A stretch of 64,000 nt of DNA. Origin: the human T2T-CHM13v2.0 reference genome, Homo sapiens. The notes beneath the pieces are model-generated. The model was given only the letters and a program-made list of their open reading frames with translations. It made no database searches and was not told the DNA's origin. The DNA lies in assembly GCF_009914755.1 (NCBI RefSeq), contig NC_060928.1; one strand, written 5' to 3'. Positions 12,616 through 25,819 of this stretch are shown one piece after another (positions within the stretch are counted from its first letter, which is position 1; each line of letters opens with the position of its first letter). The translations under genes and the position numbers were made by a program.

Positions 12616-14029
12616 CCAACAAAGCTGAAGCTAGACTGGTACAAAAAGTAGAACCAACACAATTTACCTGGATGATCAAGTAGAGCTAATGAGAGGAAGT
12701 AAGAAATAAAGCAGCCTTTCTAAAACAGTTAATAAGCAATCAATTCCAACTCTAAAAGTCATCATAGTTTCTGAGATGGAGTTGGAAATTAAATAGAATT
12801 TGGAAGATTTTTGAATCAATAGTCTCCATGGTTTTCATTTTAATTCAAGAGGGAAAACAACAGCAAGACCTTGAGAAGACTGATAGATTGCTCTTTGATC
12901 AATTCTTTCCTTGTTCCAGTTGTAAAAACAAAACCATAAATTTTACTAATTCTTATTTTGGCAAAAAGATTTTCAGGAGCATAGGTGGATGGTGACAGCC
13001 CAAGAAATCATGGATTCATCAATGTACAAAGCCCAGAATCACTGCATTAGAGCAATTCTCCCTTTCAGAGTATTGTCCAAAAACTATGGCTCTCACAATG
13101 TCAAGCCAAAAACCTATTAAATAATTTAGAATTTTTATCTTTTTTCAAATAACTTTTCCTCCATTTCTGCGAGCAGCTTGAGAATAATAGCATCAATTCT
13201 CATGATAGATAAAAAAGACATTGTCCAGTATTACGTAGCTTTTAGCTTAACTTTTTCTTATATTGGATGACTTTTAACTTCTGTAAGATAAATGTTCTAA
13301 TAAACTTGCTTTGGTCATATGTTAATCTTAAAGGGCTTTCTAATGATACCTGTAGCCATATGCAGATGTTCCTTTTCTAATATGAAAGTTCTACACAATT
13401 CCATAGCATGAGCAAGTAAACCAAATTAAATATAAATAAGGTAATGTAGAAAAAAGCATTAAAAGAGACGTCAAAAGAAGCTGGCTGTATCTCAGCCCTA
13501 GGGGCTGGAAGGCCTTTGTGAGAGCAAAGGCATTTAATTCATCCATTTGCATGAATTAAAGCCATGAAAGATCTTCAAATGCCCAGGACCTCTGCATCTG
13601 ATTTAAACTCATATAAAACGTTGTGTTTGCATCAAACCGAGGTGCCATGTGCTCCTTTCCATCATTCATTAATTTTTTAAAATGTGTATTATGTGCCAAT
13701 TTGATATAAGACCCTGTGTAAAGTTTGAAGGACACATAGTGATAAACAAGACCAACTTGGGTCACTCTTCTCAGAGAGTGTGCTACTTAGAGTTCTCAGA
13801 GAAACAGACCCAATAAGAGGTACGTATGTACATACATATACATACAGTCCACTGCATACAACCTTCTGGTCAACAAAAGACCACATAAATAGCAGTGGTC
13901 CCACAAAATTATAATACTGTATTATTTTTTAGAATTGTGATTGTTGTTTATTTTCAACTTTTATTTCAGATACAGTGGGTACATATGCAGATTTGTTACA
14001 TGGGAATATTGCATGATGCTGAGGGTTAA

Positions 14030-14400
<371 letters not shown>

Positions 14401-14403
14401 TTC

Positions 14404-14701
14404 TCTTTTTTTTTTTTTTTCTCTAGACAGTCTCACTCTGTCACCCAGGCTGGAGTGTAGTGGCCCAATCCCAGCTCACTGCAACCTCCGCCTCGTGAGT
14501 TCAAGGAATTCTCCTGCCCCAGTCTCCCGAGTAGCTGGGATTACAGGTGTGTGCCACCACGCCCAGCTAATTTTTGTATTTATAGTAGAGACGGGATTTC
14601 ACCACATTGGTCAGGCTGGTCTTGAACTCCTGACCTCGTGATCTGCCCCCCTCAGCCTCCCAAAGTACTGGGATTACAGGCATGAACCACCGCACCCAGC
14701 C
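14404..14701 (-). mobile_element. AluS (AluSg-like)
   Basis: Full dimer with CAGGCTGGTCTTGAACTCCTGACCTCGTGATC. TSD TGGGAAGTTTTTT at 14065-14077 and 14706-14718 encloses both Alus. Confidence 0.9.
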
Positions 14702-17489
14702 CCAGTGGGAAGTTTTTTAACCCACCATGCCTCCCTCTACCCTCTAGTAGTCCACAGTGTCTACTGTTCCCATATTTATGTCCATGGGTGCTTAATGTTT
14801 AGCCCCCACTTACAAGTGAGAATATGTGGTATTTGGTTTCTGTTTCTACATTAATTTGCTTAGGATAATGGCCTCCATCTCCATTCATATTGCTGCAAAG
14901 GAAATTATTTCATTCTTTTTATGGCTATATAGTATTTTATGGTGTATATATATCACATTTTCTGTATCCAATCTGTCACTGATGGACACCTAGATTGATT
15001 ACATGTCTTTGCTATTGTGAATAGTGCAGAAATGAACATATGAGTGCATGTGTCTTTTTGATAGAATGATTTATTTTCTTTTGCGTATATACCCAGTAAT
15101 GGTACTGCTGAGTCAACTGTTCTAAGTTATTTTAGCTATCTCCAGACTGCTTTCCCCAGTGTCTGGACTAATTTACATTCCCACCAACAGTGCTCCCTTT
15201 TCTCTATAACCTCGCCGGTATCTGTTTTGTGTTTTCTTTTGTTTATACTTTTTAATAGTAGCCATTCTGACTGGTGTGGGACAGTATCTCAATGTGGTTT
15301 TGATTTGCATTTCCTTGATGGTTAGTGATGCTGAGCATTTTTTCACATTTTTTGGCCAATGTATGTCTCATTTTAAGAAGTGTCTGTTAACGTCCTTTGC
15401 CCATTGCCCATTTTTAAATGGGGTTGTTTTTTGTTTGTAGATTTAAATTCCCTGTACATTTTTATTGTACATTTTCCAGTAGATATGTTTAGATACATAA
15501 ATTCTTATCATTGTGGTACAGTTGCCAACAATAGTTGGTACAGTGACAGGCTGTACAGGTTTGTAGCCTAGAAGCAATAGGCTATAACATATAGCCTAGG
15601 TGTGTAATAGGCCATAGCACCTAGGTTTATGTAAGTGCTGTAAACTCCATATTTGTACAATGACAGAATTGCCTAAGAATCCATTTCTCCGAACATATCT
15701 CCATCATTACATGATGCATGATTTTTTTGTGTGTGTATACATATGTATATATGTATGTCTATATATGGACATAAATATACAGATTTATATATACACACAG
15801 ATATGTGTGTGTGTATCTAGAGAGAGAGAAAGAGATTTTGATTGAGATTTATTTTAAAGAATTGGCTCACTTGATTTGAGAAGGCTGGCAAGCCCAAAAT
15901 TGACAGGGCAAGACCATCAGGCTGGAAACTCTAGGGTAGGAACTCATGTTTCATTCTTGAGGTAAAATTTCTTCCTCCTGAGGGAAACTTCAGTTTTGCT
16001 CTTAAAACCTTTCAACTGGTTGGATGCTGCCTATTCACATCATGAATGGTAACCTCCTTTACTTAATGTCAACAAGTTGTAGATGCTAACCACATTCACA
16101 GAATACCTTTGCAGCAACACCTAGATTAATGTTTGATTAAATAAGTACTATAGCTTAACAAAATTGACAGATAAAACTAACCATCATGGGAAGCTTACAG
16201 TTTTTTGAGAGATAGACATTGAATAGATGATTATACAACATAATATAAATCACATGGTAGTATGAGAAGTAGCAGGGAAGTTAGGCTGGTCTAGGGCCCA
16301 AAAGGCTCCCCTGCAGAACTGCCATTCAAGCAGAGACCTAATAGATGAACAGGAGTTGGCCAAGCCGCTAGGAGAAGAATTGCATTTCTGCCATTTTGTT
16401 CAAGCTTAAACAAAAGCCCTGACATAAGAAGGGACCTGGCACATTTGAGAAATGGGAGAGAATCTGAGGCAGCTGGAGCCTAATAAGCTTTGCACTTAAA
16501 TGTCCTTAGTGGACAAAGCAGATTTACGAGGACAGAACTAAAAGCTTTGGTTTCCATTGGATCTAGGCCCCTAACCTAGATGTGATTAAGATATTGGGGA
16601 AAATATTATTTTTATTATTCTATTGATTCCATAGTTAATGTGTTCTCCTTGTCTGCTACTAAATGTAGAATAAAATCATAGGTCTCTGAATGTTTTTAGG
16701 ATCAGGCCCTGCTTTACTGTCTTCACAGAAACTCCTACCACTGCCCTCTTTACTCCTATTCTCCCATCACACCATTACTTCTCAAACTGGCTAGTGTTAG
16801 TCCAGTTTCAGGGCCTTGGGAGTCACTCTTTCCTCTGCTCTCATCACCACTCCCCAAGATTTCACACAGGAGGAGCCTTCTCAGCTTTCAGATCTCAAAA
16901 ATCCCATCCCTCCTCTTTCCATTTTCTTCATAGCAACTCATTGAGATCTGAATCTTATTTGTTTTCTTCTTTTCTTAATTTCCATTTCTACTTGCTAGTA
17001 TGAAAGGTCCATTAGGTCAAAGATTTTGACATTAAACATTTAATACATATTTACTGAAAATATGAATTTAATATATTCGGTAAACCTTGAGCTTAACTTT
17101 ATTCATCTAGAATGGATTAATAATGCATGTCTGTCAACTGGACCACCAAGTTATGTAATGGAACATGCATTTAACACACTTATAAATTGTAGAGGACTAC
17201 AAAAGTGATTCTTCTTGATACAACCAGAGGCTAAACTTTTTCTGGTTGACCTTGTGACTTTTATTTTTTGAATTTTTGGTTTTTTGTTTGGCTTCTTTAT
17301 CAAGAAATTCACGCCTCCAGTATAGCAAAAGGTCTACAAAGGGATCATGATTTAAACAATGTCCCAGATAAGCCATCATAAGTCAATGTGAGATGAAATA
17401 AAACTGCTGTAAAATGGTCTGGTTTCATGGCGGCAGAACCATTCTAGAATTATGCCCAATTTTTAAGGAGAAATGTTTCCAGCCTATAA

Positions 17490-17690
17490 TAGACTGGGTG
17501 AGTAAGAACACAAATTTTAGAGTAAGGTGGAGATGGGTTCAGAAGTTAGCTACTTGCTCATTATATGTAAAATGTGTAGATAAAGATGCTTAGCCAAAAA
17601 TACAAGGCTGTCATGAGGATTAACTGACATATATAAAAGCATGTATGCTAAGTTTGGCACACAGTGAGTACTAAAAAATTATAATTACCA
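17490..17690 (+). mobile_element. MIR
   Basis: AGTAAGAACACAAATTTTAGAG...GTCATGAGGATTAA...TGGCACACAGTGAGTACT. Confidence 0.6.
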
Positions 17691-18847
17691 TTGCTGCCAC
17701 AATAACATTTAAAGGATGAGTATAGCATTTTCACACCATTCCAACCATGCTGAAAGACTGCAGGTGATCAGTTTATCTTACACTAGATGAGATCTGAAAG
17801 GGAACCATGGAGTTGCGAGCACTGACATAATGAGGGAGGAGTAATGACTTTTAATCTCCAAATAATAGCACAGTAGAAGCTCCCACACTCAATAGCTTTG
17901 GGCAGTAGCTCCAGAACTCAGTCTTCCACCATATTTCTTTATGCTTTCATCCCACTAGAGAAGGCACTGGTGAAGACAAATGTGAAGACGGAGCTGAGAG
18001 TTGCTCAGCCAAGAATAATAATATCTACTAGCTTTAACAGTAGGTCAATGCTTCCTTTTTCTTACAGATGCCGAAGCTTACACCTCTGGCTGCAAAAACA
18101 AATGGCATGGCAGTTTCATGGCATTTTCCTTCCCTTGATAAAAAGCTGATTCCTTAGTTCCCTCCTTTTTATTGATTTACTTTGTGAACTTCTCTTGAGT
18201 TGTGACTCCTTAAAAAATCTAGTCTATATGGAAGACCGTAAAATCAGGGTACCCAGAAAGAGAGGGGAGTATTAGCCTGGCTCCTTTACCTTCCCTAGAG
18301 CCTCACTGTAGTGCCTCCACAGGGAGATTGGCCCAGTTCCTCCCCCATCTACTGGTGGATGATTCATGTCCATTCAAGAAGAGAAAAACCACTGCCTTGT
18401 GATTCAGCAACAACTGTTTTATTTGTTTGTGTAGCTGGCTATTCATATGCCACAATTTTAATTTAAAAGATAAGGCAAGTTCCTTTTAGTAGAAAGCCAG
18501 GGCATCTTGCTAAATGTTGGGCAGGCCAAGCTTCAATAAAATTGAGTACAATTGAGTGTTTTCTATACAATGGAATTTTTCTAGGAGCTGAGGATGCACT
18601 TGGGTAATCCTGCCTTTTATCAATGACAGGCCACAAAACAGGCAATTTTTTGTGTGAATTGTTAGAACATGGAGTGATGGGAGCAAAAAGGAGGGCACCT
18701 AACTCTAATCATGGGCTGAGGAGGGGAAGGTTATGGATGGCTTCCTGGAAGAAAGAAGAAATCCAACACAGGATATTGAAACCCTTCTTAGCATACAATG
18801 CCTGACGGCATGTGAAAATAGGATTTGGAGAAAAAGACAAGAGTGTA

Positions 18848-19595
18848 TGTATTAGTCAATTCTTATGCTGCTCTAAAGAACTGCCCAAACCTGGGTAATT
18901 TCTAAAAGACAGAGGTTTAATTGACTTACACTTCCACATTGTCGGAAGACTTCAGGAAACTTACAGTCATGGGGGAAGGCAAAGGAGAGGCAGGCATCTT
19001 CTTCACAGGGCAGCAGGATGGAGGGGGTGCAAGCAGGGGAAATGCCAGATGCTAATGAAACCATCAGATCTCATGAGAACTCACTCAGTATCATGAAAAC
19101 AGCATGGGGTAACTGCTCCTAAGATCCAATTACTTCCACCCGGTCCCGCCCTTGACACAGGGGGATTATGGGGATTACAATTTGTATTAGTCTGTTCTCA
19201 TGCTGCTAATAAAGACATACCTGAGACTGGGTAATTTATAAAGGAAAGAGATTTAATTGACTCACAGTTCCACATGGCTGGGGAGGCCTCACAATTATGG
19301 CCAATCATGGCCGAGGGTGAATGAGGAACAAAGGAACTTCTTACATGACAGCATGCAAAAGAACTTGTGCAGGGAACCTCTCATTTATAAAACCTTCAGA
19401 TCTCATGAGACTTATTCACTATCACAAGAATAATATGGGGGAAACTGTCCCCATGATTCAATTCTCTCCACCTGGCCCCACCCTTGACACATGGGGATTA
19501 TTACAATTCAAGATGAGATTTGGGTGAGGACACAGCCAAATCATATACCAATTCAAGGTGAGATTTGGGTGGGGACATAGAGTCAAACCGTATCA
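18848..19595 (-). mobile_element. MSTA/THE1D-like solo LTR, interrupted by a THE1 LTR
   Basis: TGTATTAGTC...AAACCGTATCA, with a perfect TSD GTGTA (18843-18847, 19596-19600). Confidence 0.9.
19183..19548 (-). mobile_element. THE1C/B-like solo LTR, nested
   Basis: TGTATTAGTCTGTTCTCATGCTGCTAATAAAGACATACC start; perfect TSD CAATT (19178-19182, 19549-19553). Confidence 0.9.
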
Positions 19596-20417
19596 GTGTA
19601 GAACAAGAGTGGTAGCTAAGTTACTGGGTCACATGGAGAAAAGTATGAGCTTAAACTAGATTCACTTAGATAAGAGGCTAATGTTCATAGATTTTTCCAT
19701 CTCTGTTTTGATTTTGACGATAGCATGATCAAAAGATAGGACTGATGGAAAGACAGGTATGTAAGGTCATATTACCTGAGATGAAAGTCAGCACTAAATG
19801 AAATCCAGTGCCAACAGGGACAGGATGGGAGGTGGGAGCTTTGCAACAGACATCATTACAATTGCCAAAAGCCTAGAAAAAAACTGTTTCCAGACCTCAA
19901 GGAGCCAGAGAAAGTGTCAAGGCCATGTGCCACCAGAGCTTCAAGCACCTGCGGAGCCTCTTTAAATCAGGATATCTGACTCAGAAGATACAAAGACAGG
20001 GAATGGTTTTTACAAGACTTTAGTTAAAAAGAAAATGAATAGCAGAAAGCTGTCTTAGAGATATTGCTAAATTGAATAAACCTTTCCACTTTTAAATTAG
20101 TATTTTATTATATATTATTTTCTTTACCAGAATATACTTATTATTATTTACCATCTTGTTTCAATACAAAATATATTGTTTAGAAAAGTAAAGTGGTTAT
20201 GGGAAGTTCCCCATTGGATCTGTGCATGGGGAGACCCACACTTTCAGAGGCTCGGGGAATTCTTGATCAGCCCTGAGACCATTTTATTGTAATTATTCTT
20301 CTCTTCAGAGGTGGTGTCACCTGAGTGTTCTCAAGACTGTGAAGATAAACTGTTCCATGAAGCAAATACCAAGGGGAATTTTTGATCTAGAGAAATAAGA
20401 ACAACAGAAAATGTAGC

Positions 20418-20800
20418 GGCATTAGTTCATTTTCATAGGCTATAAAGAACTGCCTGATGCTGGGTAATTTATAAAGGAAAGAGGTTTAATAGACTCACAG
20501 TTTAGCATGGCTGGGAGACCTCAGGAACCTTACAATCATGGTGGAAGGTGAAGAAGATGCAAGACACCTTTTTCACAAGGTGTCAGAAAGGAGAAGTGCT
20601 GAGCAAAGGGGGTAGAACCCCTTATAAAGCCTTCAAATCTGGTGAGAACTCTCTCACTATCATGAGAACAGCATGGGAAAACCACCCCCATGATTCATTT
20701 CCCCTCACCTGGTCTCTCCCTTGACATGAGGATAACAGGGACTATGGGGATTACAATTCAAGATGAGATTTGGGTGGGGACACAAAACCTAACCATATCA
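20418..20800 (-). mobile_element. MSTA/THE1D-like solo LTR
   Basis: CTATAAAGAACTGCCTG...CCTCAGGAACCTTACAATCATGG...GATGAGATTTGGGTGGGGACAC...CCATATCA. Confidence 0.88.
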
Positions 20801-21048
20801 GCAATAAAGGGAATTCTATATATACACATACTTACAAACATATGCACGTACATATACAAATAGACACACACATATGTGCGTGGTACTTAATTTTCTATAT
20901 CAGTTTTTTAATTAGTTTAGCTCTAAACTTTTACCAGTATGGACAAAAGACATGCTCCTGCATAGGTGTCCCTCTTAAAAAATAATTGATACCTTTGACA
21001 GATGGGGATAATAATTGATTAGTCATTAATCAAAATCTTCAAAATAAT

Positions 21049-21172
21049 CCAGGTGTAGGGGTATGCACCCGAATGTCTCAGCTACTTAGGAGGCTGAGAC
21101 AAAAGGACCACTTGAGCCCAGGAGTTCCAGTCCGGCCTGGGCAACATTGCAAGACCCTCATCTTTAAAAAAT
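21049..21172 (+). mobile_element. FLAM_A-like Alu monomer
   Basis: CAGCTACTTAGGAGGCTGAG...CACTTGAGCCCAGGAGTTC...CCTGGGCAACATTGCAAGACCCTCATCTTTAAAAA; AAAATAAT on both flanks. Confidence 0.8.
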
Positions 21173-23507
21173 AATTCTTAAAACGTTTCTCCAATTTTTT
21201 CCCTCTTAACTCTTGACTGATTCTTAAGGGATTCAAGACTCACTTCCAGTCCAGGCAACATCTTTTTTGGAAGTATAAACATTAATCAATTTGCATTTTG
21301 TTCTTAATTTTTTCATTGTTGTTGTTGTTATTTTCTTTTGTTTTGGCATTTTATAATGATGGTATTTAGAGGCATGGAAATTCTGGTAATTACAACAACA
21401 AACTAGCAAGTAGCTATATCACTAAAATAGCCAGGCTTGCTGTCTGATACAAAAGCAATTATATTATCATCAATCTTTCTGGGAAATAAAGAATATTAGA
21501 CTTGTTATATAATTGCCCACAGAATGTTAAGGAATTAAAAATAATAAGATTTAACCAGAAAGGGTCTGAATTTTTTCTTAGGGTCTCCTGGTTGATGAGT
21601 TATCCTCTTGGTCCTACTTCTCCCCTGCTTTCCACATGTGTGCTTTCAAGCCTCTTAGTATCACAATTTGGTGCTGAACAATTGAATAAAACATAATTTG
21701 AGTGGGAATTCCTATTAACATCCAATATTCACTTACAGTCTACTTTCCATTATCTTTCTATTCCCCTCATGTACGGAGTTGATAATGTAATACAACATCT
21801 GCAATTATAAGTGTCCATGGTGAATACTACATTTGAAACTCAATAGGCTATTACTGTGAAAATTTGCATGTGGCAATCTGACCAACCAAGGTTTCTGATT
21901 GTCTTGAAAATGTGCAGAGAATATAGTTTTAAAAATCTGATTTCACATTTTTTGAGACATATCCCCACACATTCCCCTCTCATTTGATTTTAGAAATGGC
22001 TTTGTGGTAAGACAGGAGGGTAATTGTATTCCAAGGAAAGAGCTTATTACAAAGTCTTACGTATTTGGGGCATCATGGTTTCACCAATTTAGAGGTGAGA
22101 ACAGCTCTTTGAGTTCCATCCCATTGAATAAAATATCCCTAATTAGAGCTAAACTACTTAAAATTCTGTAAAGAAAGTGCCTATTTTAGCATATTTGTAG
22201 AAGAAAACTTTTAAAAAGTGCTAAAATTTCTGTGCTTCTTTCCACGAGAAAGATGAATTGGAACAAAAATCAGTTTAGAATCAAGGGGTAGAAAGAAACT
22301 TCATAGAAAAAATAAGGCCTGATCTGCTCTCTGAGTTCTCCAGAGCATCCTACTGGCTAAAGCCACTTTGCTTTGCCCTTGGTGGAATGAGATTGAAAAG
22401 GCAGCCAAATAAATAAAAGTCTCCTATAGAATTTATAGGTGTCAATAAATGTCAGCCTGAATACTGAACTCAAATTATCATGGTAGATAATGTTCTATGG
22501 GAATTTCCCTGCAAAAAAAAAAAAAAAAAAGAGAGAGACAGTGATTTCATATATCTTGAAAACTCTGCCTATTTTATTTATATTAGCAAACAAATGAGCA
22601 TATACTCTGTACTAGACTCATAGTAAAAAGAAAAATGAAACCTGGATTCACTGCAGAGCCTGCTGACCACCTTAAGCACTCTTCACTTTCATAATGAAAC
22701 TGAAAAACTTGATAGATCCAACCCACACATGTACACTTAATATATACACAAATCTATCTCCGTCATCTTTCCCTAACTTCAGCCAGAGGCAAATAGTCCA
22801 TATAGAATACTGTGTCTTGGCTTCTTTCTAAGAAGTAGACACAGGCTTGAGATAGAGATTTAAGCGCTTGAATACCTTCAGCATAAAACAGTGACCAAAA
22901 GAAAATGAAGATTTGTTAAATAGATTATAAGATTACAAAATCTCAGTGTTAAAGAAAATTTAGGAATTATCCAATAATTGTATATCCAAATAAGATAGAA
23001 GGCATGCCTTAGCCAAAATTAATCATATTATCAGGACTTTTAGAACTCCTACTTCTGGGCAACTATAACAAAATATATCCATCAACTACTAGTTAATTAA
23101 ATGAAAATAAACTTTGCCGCCAGAAGGCTGGAATCCTTGGCAGTGATCAACTGTATTGATTGGAGTACTTTTCATTAGTTCTTCCTGAGAATGAATGATT
23201 AAATTAGTTGATGAAGACAAAGTGCACAGACATGGGTGAATATTTATGGTGAGGAAAAAGCATGTGTGAGTACCTCCTCACTATACCTAGGACAGTCTGT
23301 CTTAAATTGACAAGTTTCAGAATGGACTTAGGTTTTCTCTGGGTTTCTATTGCTCAAATTACATGTTTTCAATCGTTTCTGAATACCTACCTTGTGCCAC
23401 CTCCTCTGCAGTTCCTGTCATTTTCATTTTCACCATTATCCTATCACTTTGGCTCCACTGAAAAATGCCTGGATTCCTTCATTCTACCAAAAAACACTAT
23501 TACAGTG

Positions 23508-25819
23508 TGTATTAGTTTGTTTTCACACTGCTGATAAAGACATACCCGAGACTGGGCAATTTACAAACGAAAGAGGTGTAATTGGACTCACAGTTCCAAA
23601 TGGCTGGGGAGGCCTCACAAACATGGAAGAAGGCAAGGAAGAGCAAGCCACATCTCACATAAATAGCGGCAGGCAAAAAGGGAGCTTGTGCAGGAAAACT
23701 CCTGTTTTTAAAATTATCAGATCTCAAGAGACCAATTCACTTTCACAAGAACAGCAGAGGAAAGATGCCCCCATAATTCAATCACCTCCCACCGGGTTCC
23801 TCCCATGACATGTGGAAAGTCTGGGAGTTAAAATTCAAGATGAGATTTGGGTGGGGACCCAGTCAAACCATACCATTCTTCCCCTTGTCCCTCCCAAATC
23901 TCATGTCCTCACATTTCAAAACCAATCATTATTTCCCAACAGTCCCCCAAAGTCTTAACTCATTTCAGCATTAACTCAAAAGTCCACAGTCCAACGTTTC
24001 ATCTGAGACAAGGCAAGTCCCTCCTGCCTATGAGCCTGTAAAATCAAAAGCAAGTTAGTTACTTCTTAGATACAATGGGGATACAGGCATTGGGTAAATA
24101 CAGCCATTCCAAATGGGATAAATTGGCCAAAACAAAGGGACTACAGACCCCACACAAATCCAAAATACAGTGGGGCAGTCAATTTTAAAGCTCCAAAATG
24201 ATCTCCTTTGACTCCATGTCTCATATCCAGGTCACACTGATGCACGAGGTGGGTTCTCATGGTTTTGGGCAGCCCCATCCCTGTGGCTTTGCAGGATATA
24301 GCCCCCCTCCTGGCTACCTTCAAGGATTGGCATTGAGTGTCTGCAGCTTTTCCAGGCACACAGTGCAAGAGGTAGGTGGGTCTACCATTTGGAGTCTGGA
24401 GGATGGTGACCCTCTTCTGACAGCTTCATTAGCTGGTGCTCCAGTAGGGACTCTGTGTGGGGGCTCCCACTCCACATTTTCCTTCTGCACTGCCTTAACA
24501 AAGGTTCTCCATGAGGGCCCCACCCCTGTATCAAACTTCTGCCTGGGCATCAAGGTATTTCCATACATCTTCTGAAATCTAGGCAGAGGTTCCAAATCTC
24601 AGTTCCTGACTTCTGGGCACCCACAGGCTCAACTCCATGTGGAAGCTGCCAAGGCTTGGGGCTTCCACCCTCTGAAGCAACAGCCCAAGATGTACCTTGA
24701 CCCCTTTTAGCCATGGCTGGAGTGGCTGGGATGTGGAGTACCAAGTCCCTAGACTGCATACAGTAGAGGGACCCTAGCCCTGGCCCATGAAACCATTTTT
24801 TCCTCCTAGGTCTCCAGGTCTGTGATCGGACGGGCTGCCACAAAGATCTCTGACATGCCCTGGAGACATTTTCTCCATTGTCTTGGTGATTAACATTCAG
24901 CTTCCAATTACTTATGCACTTTTCTGCAGCCAGCTTGAATTTCTCCTCAGAAAATGGGATTTTCTTTGCTATCACATTGTCAGGCTGCAAATTCTTTTAA
25001 CATTTATATTCTGTTTCTCTTTTAAAACAGAATGCCTTTAACTGCACTGAAGTCACCTCTTGAATGTTTTGCTGCTGAGAAATTTCTTCTGTCAGATTCT
25101 CTAAATCATCTCTCTCAAGTTCAAAGTTCCACAAATCTCTAGAAAGGGGATAAAAATGCCACCACTCTCTTTGCTAAAACACAACAAGAGTCACCTTTGC
25201 TCCAGTTCCCAACAAGTTCCTAATGTCTATCTGAGACCACCTCAACCTGGACTTTATTGTCCATATCACTATCAGCATTCTGGGCAGAATCATTCAACAA
25301 GTCTCTAGGGAGTTCCAAACTATCCCACATTTTCCTGTCTTCTTCTTAGTCCTCCAAAGGGTTCCAACCTCTGCCTGTTACGCAGTTCCAAAGTCACTTC
25401 CACATTTTTGGGTATCTTTTCAGCAGCACCCCACTCTCAGTACCAATGTACTGTATTAGCCTGTTTTCACACTTCTGATAAAGACATACCAGTGACTGGA
25501 CAATTTACAAAAGAAAGAGATTTAATGGGCTTACAGTTCCACATGGCTGGGGAGGCCTCACAAACATGGCACAAGGCAAGGAGGAGCAAGTCACATCTCA
25601 CATGGATGGTGGCAGGCAAAAAGAGAGCTTGTGCAGGGAAGCTCACATTTTTAAAACCATCAGATCTCTTGAGACTCATTCACTATCATGCGAACAGCAC
25701 AGGAAAGACCCTCCCCAGTAATTAAACCATTTCCCACTGGGTTCCTCCCACAACACATGGGAATTGTGGGAGTTAGAATTCAAGATGAGATTTCGGTGAG
25801 ACACAGCCAAACCATATCA
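23508..25819 (-). mobile_element. Full-length THE1A/B MaLR: LTR 23508-23875, internal 23876-25451, LTR 25452-25819
   Basis: Two co-oriented ~368-bp THE1 LTRs around a ~1.58-kb THE1 internal region; perfect TSD CAGTG (23503-23507, 25820-25824); purine-rich PPT next to the 3' LTR on the minus strand. Confidence 0.95.

Noticed and set aside
18050-18149. Strong-looking plus-strand acceptor TTCCTTTTTCTTACAG
   Set aside because: No convincing downstream donor or recognisable peptide.
22513-22540. A18 plus (GA)n tract as an orphan retro-insertion
   Set aside because: No TSD or upstream retroposed body is visible.
24141-24990. Overlapping 75-146-aa ORFs in the THE1 internal region
   Set aside because: They are fragments of the decayed MaLR internal region, with no continuous frame.
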